In this document: one piece after another, positions 52,235 to 64,000 of the stretch
Layout: the number at the start of each line of letters is the position of its first letter
Position numbering within the stretch: position 1 is the first letter of the stretch
Assembly: GCA_002104905.1 (NCBI GenBank)
Contig: MCFE01000024.1
Span: 124,001-188,000, forward strand
Source of the DNA: Basidiobolus meristosporus CBS 931.73
Lineage: Eukaryota > Fungi > Basidiobolomycota
Direction: 5' to 3'
Length of the DNA: 64,000 bases
The notes under the pieces: model-generated
What the model saw: the letters and a program-made list of their open reading frames with translations, nothing else
Database searches by the model: none
What the model was told of the DNA's origin: nothing
Translations under genes and position numbers: made by a program

Positions 52235-53080
52235 ATAAGCACAGTCTAGACCAGAAAGTTTAATGTATGATCCATTAAAGCTCTTGTCAAATGATTTTAG
52301 TATGGCCCAAATGTCTATGGTGAGCCTTCATTCAGATATGAGTCCTACATCAAGATGCCAGCAGATATATGTAAGAGGATATATAATAAGACAAGTATTG
52401 AAATCAAGAAGGAGCTGAGAGTGAGGGGATTTGATGAAGAAGTCATGCAGGAACATGTTGCACCCAACTTGCTCAATACAGGCTGGATGTGTCTATTTGT
52501 GCCTTAACTTTGGGAACCAAAGAGATTTTGAATGAGTTTTTGCCTCAAATGACTAATGCACTACATGATATATTAGTAGAGATAAGTGGCTTCTAAGAGC
52601 TATATACACAGAACTTGTCCAGGCAACAGTTCCAAAGTATCAGACAGAGAGTAAATGAATCCTTTGAGAAATTAGAAGGTGAGCTTAGTCCAGTAGTATC
52701 ATCTGGAGCAATTAAGTGTGGCTAAGCTGCAGCATTGCACTCATCATCTTGGAGGCAAAATACTGACTACAAATACACAAGTAGCCAAGATGACAGTCTA
52801 CAAGGAAGTAGTGTAGGTGTGTAAAGTGAATCACTACCAACTGCTTCAGTAGTAGTCCCTATGAGAAGAGAACCTAGGGGAAGATGATGCAATTGCATTG
52901 AGCTGCTAATATTTGTCATGATGCAATCAACATATTTTTTTTTGCAATCCAAATTGAGCCAACATAAATCAGTGGTCACTAAATTCCTGATAAAAGTAAT
53001 ATTAAGGTTGTCTGGCATCTGAGACAGAGCACCTATAAATAAACACCATGCACATATATGCATCATCTCTGAAACCAGTG

Positions 53081-53349
53081 TGTTGCAAGTCTTGGTGTAA
53101 GAGTTGTAGAGGAATAGGGAGTTTAGCTAGTATTGTATTCACTAAAACTTGAACTAATTTTTATTGAGGTTACAGCAGCTCCTTATATTCATTTGTCAGA
53201 TCAATTGCTGACTAATTGTATTTTCTAATGTAGGTTGTGGCTGATGACTCATTTGATTGCATCATCATTGCCCAATAAGATCCTACTTAGTATATCTGTT
53301 TCTGTCTGATAAGGATCTGCTGATTCATTTGCTGACTAATGCTACTGAA
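53081..53349 (-). mobile_element. Partial family F LTR
   Basis: Reverse complement of about 51595-51861. Confidence 0.8.
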
Positions 53350-54310
53350 TCCATCAAGTGCCAAGGCAAAGGTATGATCATGCACACCTTTAAAGTAGCC
53401 CTTACTTCTTAGCTGCTTGCAATATTTGCTATCAAATATATTGAAATGTTTGCACTTGATGGATACTGACTGTGGTACTTTGCAGTTTCAAAATATTGGT
53501 CAAACTGCATGAGCTTCTTTGGATGAGGTACTAATGGAATATGCCTGGAGTGTAAACAATGTTTTCCTCCAATGGTGGTGGACTCCTGACAAGTTGGACA
53601 CCGTGCAATGGTGGTCTATTCTGATATAAATGCCATGCAACTGTTAACACATGCAGGTATCAGGATGGTCTCTGAGTCATATGGTGCCAGCTGCATGATA
53701 GTTATCCATTTTTACCATTTAAATGGGAAGTTGTATCCTGAAAAGATTTTGGCAAGAAGTAGTGGTACATCCTCAAAGCCCCCATTACTGATATTGGTGG
53801 ATATATGCCACTTTTCTAGCCACAAAATCTCATCATTCACCAGTAGATGGATTACAGGGCTCACTTGGCTCCATAAGGTATCCTCAGCATTTTTTTCATT
53901 GGGTGTTGTTTCATTGTGAGTTATGATTTTGCCAGGCTCATGCAGGGTACTGTTGCTAGAGGAAATAGACTCATAATCAATCAGTGATCCTTCTTCTTCA
54001 GAGCTATCTCTCTGCATGCCATATTCAAAAGGCTGGAGTGAGCCCAAAGGTGTAAGAGACTCACCTGACTCCATTCATGCAAGGTGACAAATACTGCTAG
54101 GTGCCATTGTAGAAGTATCAAGTGGCTGGCAAGATATTGTTGGCAGAGTAATGACTGATGAATGGTCAAATATGACTTGTGTGACAAAACACTTGCTGTG
54201 ATCCTTGTAGTACTTCCTATGCTGACTGCATGCTCCATGGCTGAGAGTCTTGTTACAGTAGCCACATGTTTTTTTTCTCTTCTCTTATGGTACTGAATCA
54301 AAGTAGTCAT
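53350..54310 (-). pseudogene. Decayed CACTA/EnSpm-like (CMC) transposase, N-terminal half
   Basis: LEKWHISTNISNGGFEDV...CVNSCMAF...RCPTC...IPLVP...FDSKYCKQLRSKGYF...FALALDGF matches the Transposase_21-type order of motifs up to the first catalytic Asp, where LTR F truncates it. Confidence 0.7.
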
Positions 54311-55770
54311 GTCAATGGGGCAAAAAGCCTGACATTCAGCAATGTAACACTATCATGTCCCTTTTTTGTCAGTACTCATGTGAATTTAAGACAATCTGGT
54401 ATTGGAGACATTGCACCTACATGAATATAAAATTCATCAATGACCTGCCATATAAGATCTATAAGTAAAGCTATGGCACCACATACATAAATATATATAA
54501 CCCTATTTCCACTTTAGTTTTACTCACTTCCATATATATGCCACCATGATACAAACAATGTTGTCTGGTTCCCTACCATACCCAGCTATTGACAGCAGCA
54601 GACAAACAGTTGGACAACAGCTTGCTTTGACATTCAGAGCAATCAGCAGGGCTACATCCAAAAAAGGCCATGTAGACTGTATGCCCACTGATGGTAATAA
54701 TGGTGACTCCTCAGGCTCTTGGACAAGTAATTAATTGAGAATCTCTGCAAAGCCACAAGCTGACCTCAGTGCTCAGGCAGATGAGAATGTAGCATATGCA
54801 TTACTTTTGGTTGAAGACCAGCAAGTGGCTGTCATAGCTTCACCACCACTCATTTCAGCAAGTATGCTGTCAGCTCATACCAAATCAATAATAATGCAAT
54901 TTGGTGCAATGGATGGTAGGATTGATGCAATGACCCAGTGAAATCAGAAAATAGTCCAGAAACAGGATTAGAAGATAATATGTATAGAGCAATCAATATC
55001 TCAGGTAGAGAATGTAGTATCTTTGTTGCAAAGAAGGAACTTAAATAGCTCAGTGTCACAGCCAAGAATTGAGCCATTTGCCAATGTAACAGCAGAGGAA
55101 CACAGTACAGTCTTTGAAGCACAATAGAGCACCCAATAATAAGGCCCATAGAAGAACCTATCAGCTTAAGGCAAGCAGCAAAAAAGGTCAGGTTGCTGGT
55201 AGAGTGCCTGTAAGAGACAAGCAGGCCTAAACAGAATCATCAGAGCAGCATTTATCAAGGAATAATATAGGTCAATACAAGAACCACTCAGACAAAGTAT
55301 CAGTCAAAGACCTGGCAGTGATAAAGGCAAAAGTATAGGGAGAAAAGTCCACCCAAGTCAGAGTCAGAGAAGTGTGAGATAAATGCTGCAGTTCTTGCCA
55401 TTTAATAAATGCCATAAGCCTGGAACAAGTGAATCCCATCATTGCCAAGAATAATTACCAACAAGACAAAAGCTGCTTTCTCAAGAGTTGGCAGTGCAGC
55501 TGGCTGAGCTACACTCCATTGAGGTAGATGAGTTAGCAGAGAAAGGTAATTTGTCTACCACAGCCTCCATGTTCTCCATTATAGATAAAGTGGAGATCCC
55601 ATTGACAGACAAAGCAACATCATCAAGAATTTGAAAGACTATCACAATGCCTACAGTGGTATATGGGAACATTAATAGGCACACCAAGAGGATTTAGCAC
55701 TTTGTCAAGAGCAGTGCTCAAGAAAATACATATGAATATTGCAAGGATTTATTGCAAAGACATGCAGATG

Positions 55771-56158
55771 AGTGCTTTATATAAATCTTACTTTAGGGCT
55801 AATATTTAAATATAGTGCCAGATAGTACCAGTGGACCAACATAGTGCCATGCATTTTTCTGACATATTAAAACCTACAGGAGCTAGATTCACAGTGCCAT
55901 GTGTGTTGAGTACCAGGTGCATATCTTCAATCCTTTTGTGCTCTTACACATCATGCACCACTTTGATCCCAAAAAAAAAGGTTAAAAAATGGATTTTCTG
56001 CAGTACAATGGGTGAAACACAGGGGCTGCCTTGCATGAGGATGCAGAGCTATGTTTCAGACTCTGTGGCCAAGTATGGGCTCACTTGGCCATCCTGGCAC
56101 ACTATGGTATCATTTGGCACTCATTGCTCAATATGGCACTATCCAATGGAACAAGTCC
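55771..56158. mobile_element. Right half (spacer plus arm) of a second foldback copy
   Basis: Aligns with about 39985-40369; ends GGAACAAGTCC followed by ATT. Confidence 0.85.
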
Positions 56159-56794
56159 ATTGGCTAATACTGACAGGGTTCTGGGGTGAGGCATGGTAGA
56201 GGTGCCAAGATAGAAATATACTACAAAATAGACCGGAATATACCATGGTGATATGCCAGGGGTCATCATATCTTGTGACTAGGCTATGTGACATGGAATT
56301 TTCATCTATGGTTTTTAACCACATAAATTTCAATGGGAATCTTTAATAGAATGTTACATGGTATAACATTGACTTGGAGCTTTCAATAAGCTGCTGGAAT
56401 GTAGTAGAGCCTTCTAGAAGGAACTAGGATTTTGTCACCAATTTGATTTAGCCAGATCATGAAATGTCAATAATGTCATGTGATCATGGCAATATGTATG
56501 CATGTAAAGCAAGAGAATTGGTTGAGTCAGAAAGTATGGAGTGTAGCCAATCAATGTACACAAACATAGGAGGTGGTGGAGTGTCTGGAATCAGAAAGTG
56601 GGAGAATTGGCAGAGAACCATTCAAAGCCACTTGTATGTTGTTGTGATGAAAACATTCCAACTAAGTTTTTGTGAAATATAGGGTGCAATTGTTTTTCAA
56701 CAGTCTTCCCACAGTGTCCTGACAGGATCAATACCTCTTTGTCACAAGACTTTAATCTTGTGATGGCCTTCTGATGGGATCCTCACAATTATTT

Positions 56795-57092
56795 CTTATG
56801 GAGCATAGTTCTACACCTTCATGCAAAGTCACCCTTGTGGTTCACCCACTGTGCTGGAGAAAGTCCATGTTTTGACCTTTTTTGGGGATCAATGTTGTGC
56901 ATGATTTGTAGGAGCATAGAACTACTGAAGGGATCTATTTAGTACGCAATACTCATGGCACTCTGAATTTAGCTCCAGAAGCTTGTAACATATCACAAAA
57001 ATGCATGGCACTATCTTGGTCTACAGGTACTATCAGGCATTATAAGTGCTATGTATAAGTTTTACTTTATAATTGATTAATTAAACAAGTCT
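56795..57092. mobile_element. Partial foldback-family derivative (inner left arm, spacer and short terminus)
   Basis: Aligns with about 39735-40000, then AAACAAGTCT followed by ATT. Confidence 0.7.
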
Positions 57093-57959
57093 ATTGGCTG
57101 AGTGGTGAAATATATTTTGCAGATATTCAAGAGGTATTCTTAGCTCAAGTGATGACAACCAAGTATACACTTACCAGATGCATATGTAACCAGTAATACA
57201 AGGCATATAGCAAGTCTGCAATTATTGCACTGAAAAGCCATAAAGTTGATGTAAAAGAAGTGTGTCAATTGCTACATGTGTGCATTCATATAAAGGTCAG
57301 TAAGCAGGAGGCCATTGTTTTTTTTATTCAGGCACTATGTGTAATACATATGGTGGTAGTGGGTGGCCAATAGGGAGGCACAAGTATACAGTGGAATATA
57401 AGTATAGCATAAGAGGAGGTGAAATAATGAAACACCATCTGTTATACCTGTATGATGGTATTGCATGTGATCTGCATTGGATCATTACACTTCAGTGATA
57501 AAGCCATTGGAGGTCTACCTAAAGGCTGTGAAACAAGTGTCACAGCTATTATCATACAAGGCAATTATATGCATTGGCTGGTTAGGCCCTGTCAGATAAA
57601 CAAGGCTGTGTTAGGACTGCTATAAAGCCATCACTATATCTTTATGATCCCACCATTGCACTGCAAAGAGGGTCAAGAATCTCAAGCTGCTGGCATTATA
57701 ATATGGCTAGGGAGGACCAAAGTGCAGATATGTAAAGTATTGGCAGCTTGAGCCACTTATCAACTTTTCTTGTTATGAATACCCAATGTTTTGGTCAAAA
57801 TACCGAAGTAAATCTCAGGAAGGAGTTTGGCCAGAATTCTCTGATATTCATAGCTATAATCTAAGTGACTAAGGTGAATGTTTATCTGTAATTATATAGC
57901 TTGCCAAATTAATAAAGTATCTCAGTGTGGGAGTAGAGCAATCATTTAGTTATCTTAAA

Positions 57960-58273
57960 GTATTTGGCATTTTGAGTGACAAACATGCAGGGCAGAATAA
58001 GTTAAGCAGTACAGAGGCTTTTTGATGCTTGGTATATCCAGATGCAAATATACCCCTAGGGAAATGTGTCTGGAGCACTATGAAGTGTAAATAAGGTAAA
58101 TATAATACTGCTCTCAGCATCATAAGTATCAATGAGCAAAAATACCAGTAAATGTATTCTGCCACTGGCATTGGGATAAGATATGCTGTGACAGATAGGA
58201 CCATAGGGTGCCAGTTTGATCATGTAATATAGGGTGACTGCCACTATGTGGCACTATCCTGCAGCACAAGTCT
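57960..58273 (+). mobile_element. Diverged Pangu-like transposase 3' end plus terminus
   Basis: Encodes ...PREMCLEHYEV*, followed by ATGTGGCACTATCC...CACAAGTCT and ATT. Confidence 0.8.
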
Positions 58274-61200
58274 ATTAAGCAAAATACCTATTGTAGAATC
58301 TTGTAACAGCAGTACACATACAAAAGTGTTACTGCACTACTTCATGAGTAATACTCCCAAAATGCACAGGCATATTGCCAGGAGTTATTACAATGGCAGG
58401 CAAATCATGTGCTAGACCCTCACTCAGCCAGAAGATCAGGATATACCAGTATTTGTGTATAAACAATGGCACAAAGTTGTAAAATTCTTAGCAAAGGGAT
58501 GGTAGAGGAACATTAAGCCAAAGACATAAGATGAATGCTTGATATTGATGTAGCTGTTTGCAGATAGGGAGTCTGAAATCCGCACTAATATGAGTCATAG
58601 AGGCTTGTATAAGTAAGTTCAAGCCAGGGCTGAGGTATGTTGGGACTACAATGGAAATAAATCAATCAGTACGCAGCAAAAGTATGAGCACCACTCAAGT
58701 CAGTGAGTACATAGTATGGCAAAGAGGCGATAGCCAATTTCGAGATAGCCTTTGGATAGTATTATCCAAAGCATCTTTCTTAGGAGAATAGCAGTCTACA
58801 AAGTCAGAGTGTTGTGATAGTCACCAAGTAATACATCTGTAATAGTTTTTCTAGGGAATACACGGGTTCAAATTTTGAATAAATAGCTAGATCATTAGTC
58901 TTGCTTAGAGTATTCTTTTCATGCATGTTCTGGGGTGTTACTGTCTAGTTGGTTGATGCTATTATGAATCTAACTTCCAACATACCAAGAATCATGAATA
59001 AACCCTAATAACTTCAGATTTTGTGGATTACTTACTGGAGCCCATTTTAAGCACGCCTGACAAGATCTCTATGTGTATGCTTTAATAATGGTAACTCTAT
59101 TGATATTAGGCTACCTGCAGCACAAAACACCAGCGATCGGAAGTACAGTGACCACTGATGCATACCATCATGCCCCGTATGATTTCCGTGATGGATCTTT
59201 GGGAATAATAGACCAAAGCCTAAATCAGTTTCCAGTGACAGAGCAAACCAGTTTACAGTAGCGAGAGTTTTGTGTTGTTGCTCAGGAGTGACTGCGGAGC
59301 CAGACTGCCGGGATTGAAAGCCCATACATTGGGATTGATATCGCGACATAGGTCCTTCAGAACTTAGATTGCACACTTCTCTTGCTTGTATTACCAGATT
59401 TTTCATCTTGTCTCCCCTTGATATCACATACATATTACAAAAGTAGACTCTGTACCCTACCGAACCGGACAGAAAACCGGTGGCTATGTTTCATATTCTG
59501 CCATCCATGGGTATAACAAACCCCATCAGACTCAACACCGACTCAAAAGGCGATGTAAGTATCGGTTATACTTTGCAAGACGATTCATCCAGCATCAATG
59601 GGAGAGAAAAGAGAGGGACGACCATATGCAGCACCATAAGTCATGATATTGAGCCAAGATTGTACCAGTGGTATATCGTAAGTAGTTTGTCACAACACTA
59701 TCCATGCAATTTGGCTCCTGATAGAGCAAGTGCCTCGCTTCTGAGATGACATAAAGTCTACTGAACTTTGTTTAAACCTTACTATTGGGTGGACACGGAT
59801 GTCCCCCAATGGGGAGCAAACATCCACTGCCAAACCATCATCCACCATGTGGGCGTCATGGTTGTACTAGTGGACTTCATGCAACCAATTTGCCTGAGAT
59901 TAGTGAGCATCTGGGTTGTGACTAGCTCGCTACAAAGCTCGCTGCAAGCCAATTCGATTTCGCCCAGAATAGCTAGGCGTACGCGCGTCTATAACCTGTT
60001 CCTTCGAACCGATACATCACCACCGTAGGAGTAGTGGCACCTGTACTCTCCTCCAGGCTGGATGGGTGCATACTGTGTTCCTTAAAAAAACTTCGCCAGC
60101 ATTCAGCTGAACATGGTGGACGAAAATCTACCCAGAAGGACGTATCGAACCTGATCATCCGCCCACGTGTGTAGATGCAATCCAGCTTGGAATGCTCCAG
60201 TAAGATTGCCACTTGCCATTAGGTGATTTCGTGATTGCGTGAGGGTTTGCTTGTTGTCCATTGCATGGTTGTGTAAGGCAACTGATAGCGGGGGGAGGAG
60301 GGGCTCCGAGATGTTCAAAGATAATCTATTCAGGTTGACTGCATCAGGCAGGCATCCACCCTAGGTGGTGCCAAAGCCCAGAACGATTGTTGCAAGGGTC
60401 CTACGGTTTTCGATAGCTCCCTTGGTTAAGCTCGCCCTATATGGTGTATTACCATCGGTGATATTGCATCCTCAATGTTCGGTTTGCTAATGGTGATCCA
60501 ACGAAAAGATTTTCGTGGCATACAGCTCAAAATGACTGAGTTCATGCGACAGCCGGTCACAAATCTCCGGTCAGTTTTACAGCAAATTCTAGGCTTTGGA
60601 CCATCTTTTCACGGCATACGGAGTGGACACTGAACTGAGGTGGAGACCTGCCTTATTCGCACTCCATCCCCATCCCTATCACCATCGCATCTGCTGAAAA
60701 GCTACCTCCAACAGCATCCAAATTGGGAAACTAGCCAATCTTTTATTCTGGCCGCCACCCTCATCAATAATATGCCTCCCAGGGCATCCTTTCGGCATGG
60801 TCTGCGGCTGATTAAAGTAGGTACCGTTATCATTCAGGTGAAATGGGAGGGGCCGGCCCAAATCCGCGGTAGATGGTGTCAGTCGATATCACCCTTGCCA
60901 CGTTGTTCCAGCAAGTAAGCATTGTGGATACAGTAACAAAAGTGGGCCGAAGCATAGGCCGATGGGGGTTCGGCTAAAGTGAAAAAGGGTCTTTCTGTAC
61001 TACTTTCCCCACCGCTTCTGAGGCTGCGTGCGGGATCTAGACTGGTCAAGACTAACGGCTACGGATTTCCGATCTTCATTCCATCCCTCTACTGGTTTCG
61101 GCCACGCTTTACCAGAAAGGTTGTTTCAAACGTTTGTGTAATCCTAAATATAGAAATCGCCATCCCGATTCTACGTTTCATATCATCATCTCCATTTCCT

Positions 61201-63271
61201 GGGATCCCGCTCGGATCCAAGCGGTGATCAAAGGATGATTTGAACAGCATAATACCGGATTCATTAGCATGGCTACTCAAGGCTCTACGCTTGCCAGTAA
61301 TCGTTTGAAGGCGTAAGGTTTAGGTTAGATAATTCATGTGAAACCAAGGCAATGGCCGCTCTCGACACCTACTGCAAACCGGTTTTCCAGTCAAGAATAC
61401 TCAAGACAGATATCCCTCGCGCGAATACGGGAATATCCACTCGACCTGCGTTCTTGGCCAGCACTCCCTTTTGTTGGGCGGCAGTCGTTCAAGGGGAGCC
61501 TCTCTGGGCTAGTGGTGAGTAAGGTGGTAAAGTTAAGTTGGCTTAGCATTGGGCCCATTTGGTAGATCTGGTACGGTGTAGCTAAAATTGTAGACAAAGT
61601 AAGTCCAGCATACAACCATGTCTCTCATGGCCCAATCGGCATATTGATCACGCACTATGAACAGGAATCCTGAGGCTGATACAATTTTATGAACTGCCTG
61701 GTAGCACACTCTAACTGGATACAATGGTTGTATTACACTGTGTGGTCATCCAGGAGTCTTAGTCGTGGGCATTCATTACACCACTCAACTGCCGTGTGAT
61801 GGCCAGGGCCTTTTTGGCCTGTGCTACTGAAAGCAGATGAGAACATGCAGTTCATTTGTTTTGCATAGAGCGCACTTTGGACCCTGCTGTGTCATGGTCA
61901 GCCGGCTTTTGAGTCGAGAGTAGGCTGTGGGTTGCTTGGCACTAGGCTGATCGTCTAGAATTGCTTTGAAGCCGCGGCTGCACGTCTTTGATGGAGCTTG
62001 GCTACCGCGCCGGTGACAAATAAGCAGGGGAATATGTGCCTGGCTAGCTGCCGCTGGACGTCGACGAATCCAGTAGTTTAGGCGGTTATAATTAGAATTG
62101 CCATTCAATGTTCGAAAATTGACCACTCGGCTGCAGGCTCACCAGACGGATCTTCTAAATCGGAGGAGAATCGTATGTTCTACACGCAGAAGATCTTGAA
62201 GATTTGAAATTAGATCTATCGACTGGCTGATCCCTACCTCAGAATACCCTATAATGCGGAGGTCGCTGATTTGCATGTAGGGCGGCTTGAACGTAAACCT
62301 TGACTCGGTGTGCGCAAGATGATTTGGATGGCAGTTACGCTTTAGGAAGAAGTGCTAATCCTCTGCGACGTCCCCATCTCTTCAGATTTCCCGATACTTG
62401 AAACCATTGAGACGGTGTTTGACTGCATCATCGAGTTGGATTGCGAAAAGCCCTTCGGATCAGACTGATCTTTCGCATCGTTTCATCGGCCCCCTTACCA
62501 TATTCTCTCGCTCTTCCAGACCAACTGCTATTTCAGCGGAAACCTGGGAAATCCGAGTGCACTCATTAGGAAAGAAACATTGATTGAGTTTCAAACGGGC
62601 CTGTCGTATTGGTGAGGGAATCAACCTGGCCATTGGGCTATAAGGAAGTTGTTTGTTGTGAGGGGAGGCTCGGCCTGCTGCTCTGCATTTCAATAGAATA
62701 GAGTCGAGGTGATTCGAGTTTTCATTTCATGTCATGGTACACAAAAAGCCACTCGATACAAATCACTAAATTGCTGCAGCTGCTCTACTGCAAGGCAAGG
62801 TGAAGTACCACCTGTCATATGATCCGATTTGAGGGGCAGGTCTTCACGCTCCTGGTCATACTAACACCGATCAAACAGAGTGACTTTCCTGCCTAAACAT
62901 CGAACGTAATCCTTCCCAAACTGTATTCAGGCCATACGTCACAATCAGAGGATCCCTGCGGAGACACCCAAGCCAAAACCGCCAGGTCCTGTGTTGGAGC
63001 TATGTACTCGGCGGCTCACACAGCATCCCTACGACGGCCATGGACAAGGCACACTTTGCTAACCCGGAGTTCCCCCCCCCCAGGTCTGGCCACCTCCACA
63101 CACATCCTTTCGTGGCAGTGGGCTGCACATGCACTATTTTCAATATGGGATCCACCAAATCCTGAGCCTTTCCCTCCATCCATGGCCACTTTACGATTGA
63201 TTTGGCAATCAAGGCAGTAGTGTTAGATTCGTTTGCTTAGTGCTATTTGAGCAGTACTCACGCGGCTCATG

Positions 63272-63318
63272 ATTGGGCGGTGCTGATGAAATGATTGGAT
63301 AAATTAGCCAGAGCCAAT
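63272..63318. promoter_or_regulatory. Cluster of three CCAAT boxes plus a GC-box-like GGGCGG; possible promoter
   Basis: ATTGG at 63272 and 63294, CCAAT at 63314, GGGCGG at 63275, all in CpG-rich context. Motif evidence only. Confidence 0.35.
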
Positions 63319-64000
63319 CGTTGGCGTCAGATGAGTGCATGGAGGTCGTGATCCCCTCCAATCCTAAAGAAAGAGTCGGAATAGCACCGGATCCCTGATC
63401 TCGGATCCCTCAACTGGAAGAAAATCCCAGCACACAAGAGTATCACACCAAGGTTGTTTGGTTGACGTGATCGGTGTAGAGGGCTGCGAGCTTACTCGAT
63501 ATCTCGCAGCGTTCAAAGACAACACTGCAGTCAACACAGCCACCGGCTTGCCGCACACTTGGAGCAGATAGAGCATTGGGCTATGGCAGTGTTAGGCCAC
63601 GCTCGGAAGATCAGCTTAATACATCATCGAAACGTATAAAGCGTTGCTTACGTCAAGATAGCCGGTTTTGGCTAATTACCAGGAAGATCAGTGGGAGTTG
63701 GTTTGTTTTCTTGAGATTTCCACACTTGGGAAAACAATTAGGTGCACACCAAGTCAGTATTCTATTCTATTGATCACAAGCACGATCGGAAAAACAAGGT
63801 TGGCTTGGAAGGGTCTCAATCTATCAGTTAATGAGATAATATAGAATTTAAATTGTTGCCGACGGCTGGCCAATGAACGATTGCACGCCGATGACTCTGA
63901 CCCATCTAGGCTGCTAATACTTAGTATTGGTCGATGTTTTTGTGGCCAATCCGGAGCTGGATGCTTCCTGCTTATCACATCTACTGATCGGAATGGCCAT

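Larger units (their letters stand above)
50874..53080 (-). mobile_element. Older, truncated third copy of the Pangu-like element (transposase 5' part, intergenic region and ORF2), interrupted at 51471-52234
   Basis: Aligns with about 26450-28405 in the same orientation as copy 1. It is more diverged and CpG-stripped, has an internal deletion in ORF2, and lacks termini. Confidence 0.85.
16430..59000. other. CpG-depleted nested transposon block (probably heterochromatic)
   Basis: CG dinucleotides are nearly absent over 42 kb except in patches of the youngest DNA transposons. CpG is common in both flanking zones, and most of the block resolves into TE pieces. Confidence 0.85.

Noticed and set aside
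16430-59000. Classical RIP
   Set aside because: CpA and TpG remain abundant, and the loss appears specific to CpG.
61089-61280. DDDMKRRIGMAISIF resembles the post-RT motif of non-LTR (LINE) elements
   Set aside because: I found no YADD, QG or endonuclease motifs at the expected upstream positions; a single short motif is not enough.

Overview
This is eukaryotic DNA, most likely from a repeat-rich fungus: introns are short GT-AG, and it carries a plant/fungal-type FPG gene, a Crz1-like gene and a Pcl-type cyclin gene. There are three zones. (1) 1-16.4 kb is a CpG-normal gene island with a Pho85-type cyclin, a Crz1-like C2H2 factor, a short four-finger C2H2 protein, a 5-exon Fpg/MutM glycosylase and an atypical homeodomain gene. 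(2) About 16.4-59 kb is a strongly CpG-depleted block of transposons nested up to four deep: three copia-type LTR families, two LTR families with 4-bp TSDs, and gypsy and CACTA-like fragments. (3) 59-64 kb is CpG-normal sequence I could not decode. The most notable system is a family of PHIS-group (Harbinger-related, Pangu-like) DNA transposons with AGACTTGTTCC termini and ANT target sites. It includes two 3.4-kb full-length copies in inverted orientation 1.26 kb apart, a 735-bp foldback element with two identical ends, and several relics. In the full-length copies the transposase ORF has no CpG at all, while the partner ORF is CpG-rich and interrupted by the same two TGA codons in both copies. 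All gene models and alignments were made by eye.
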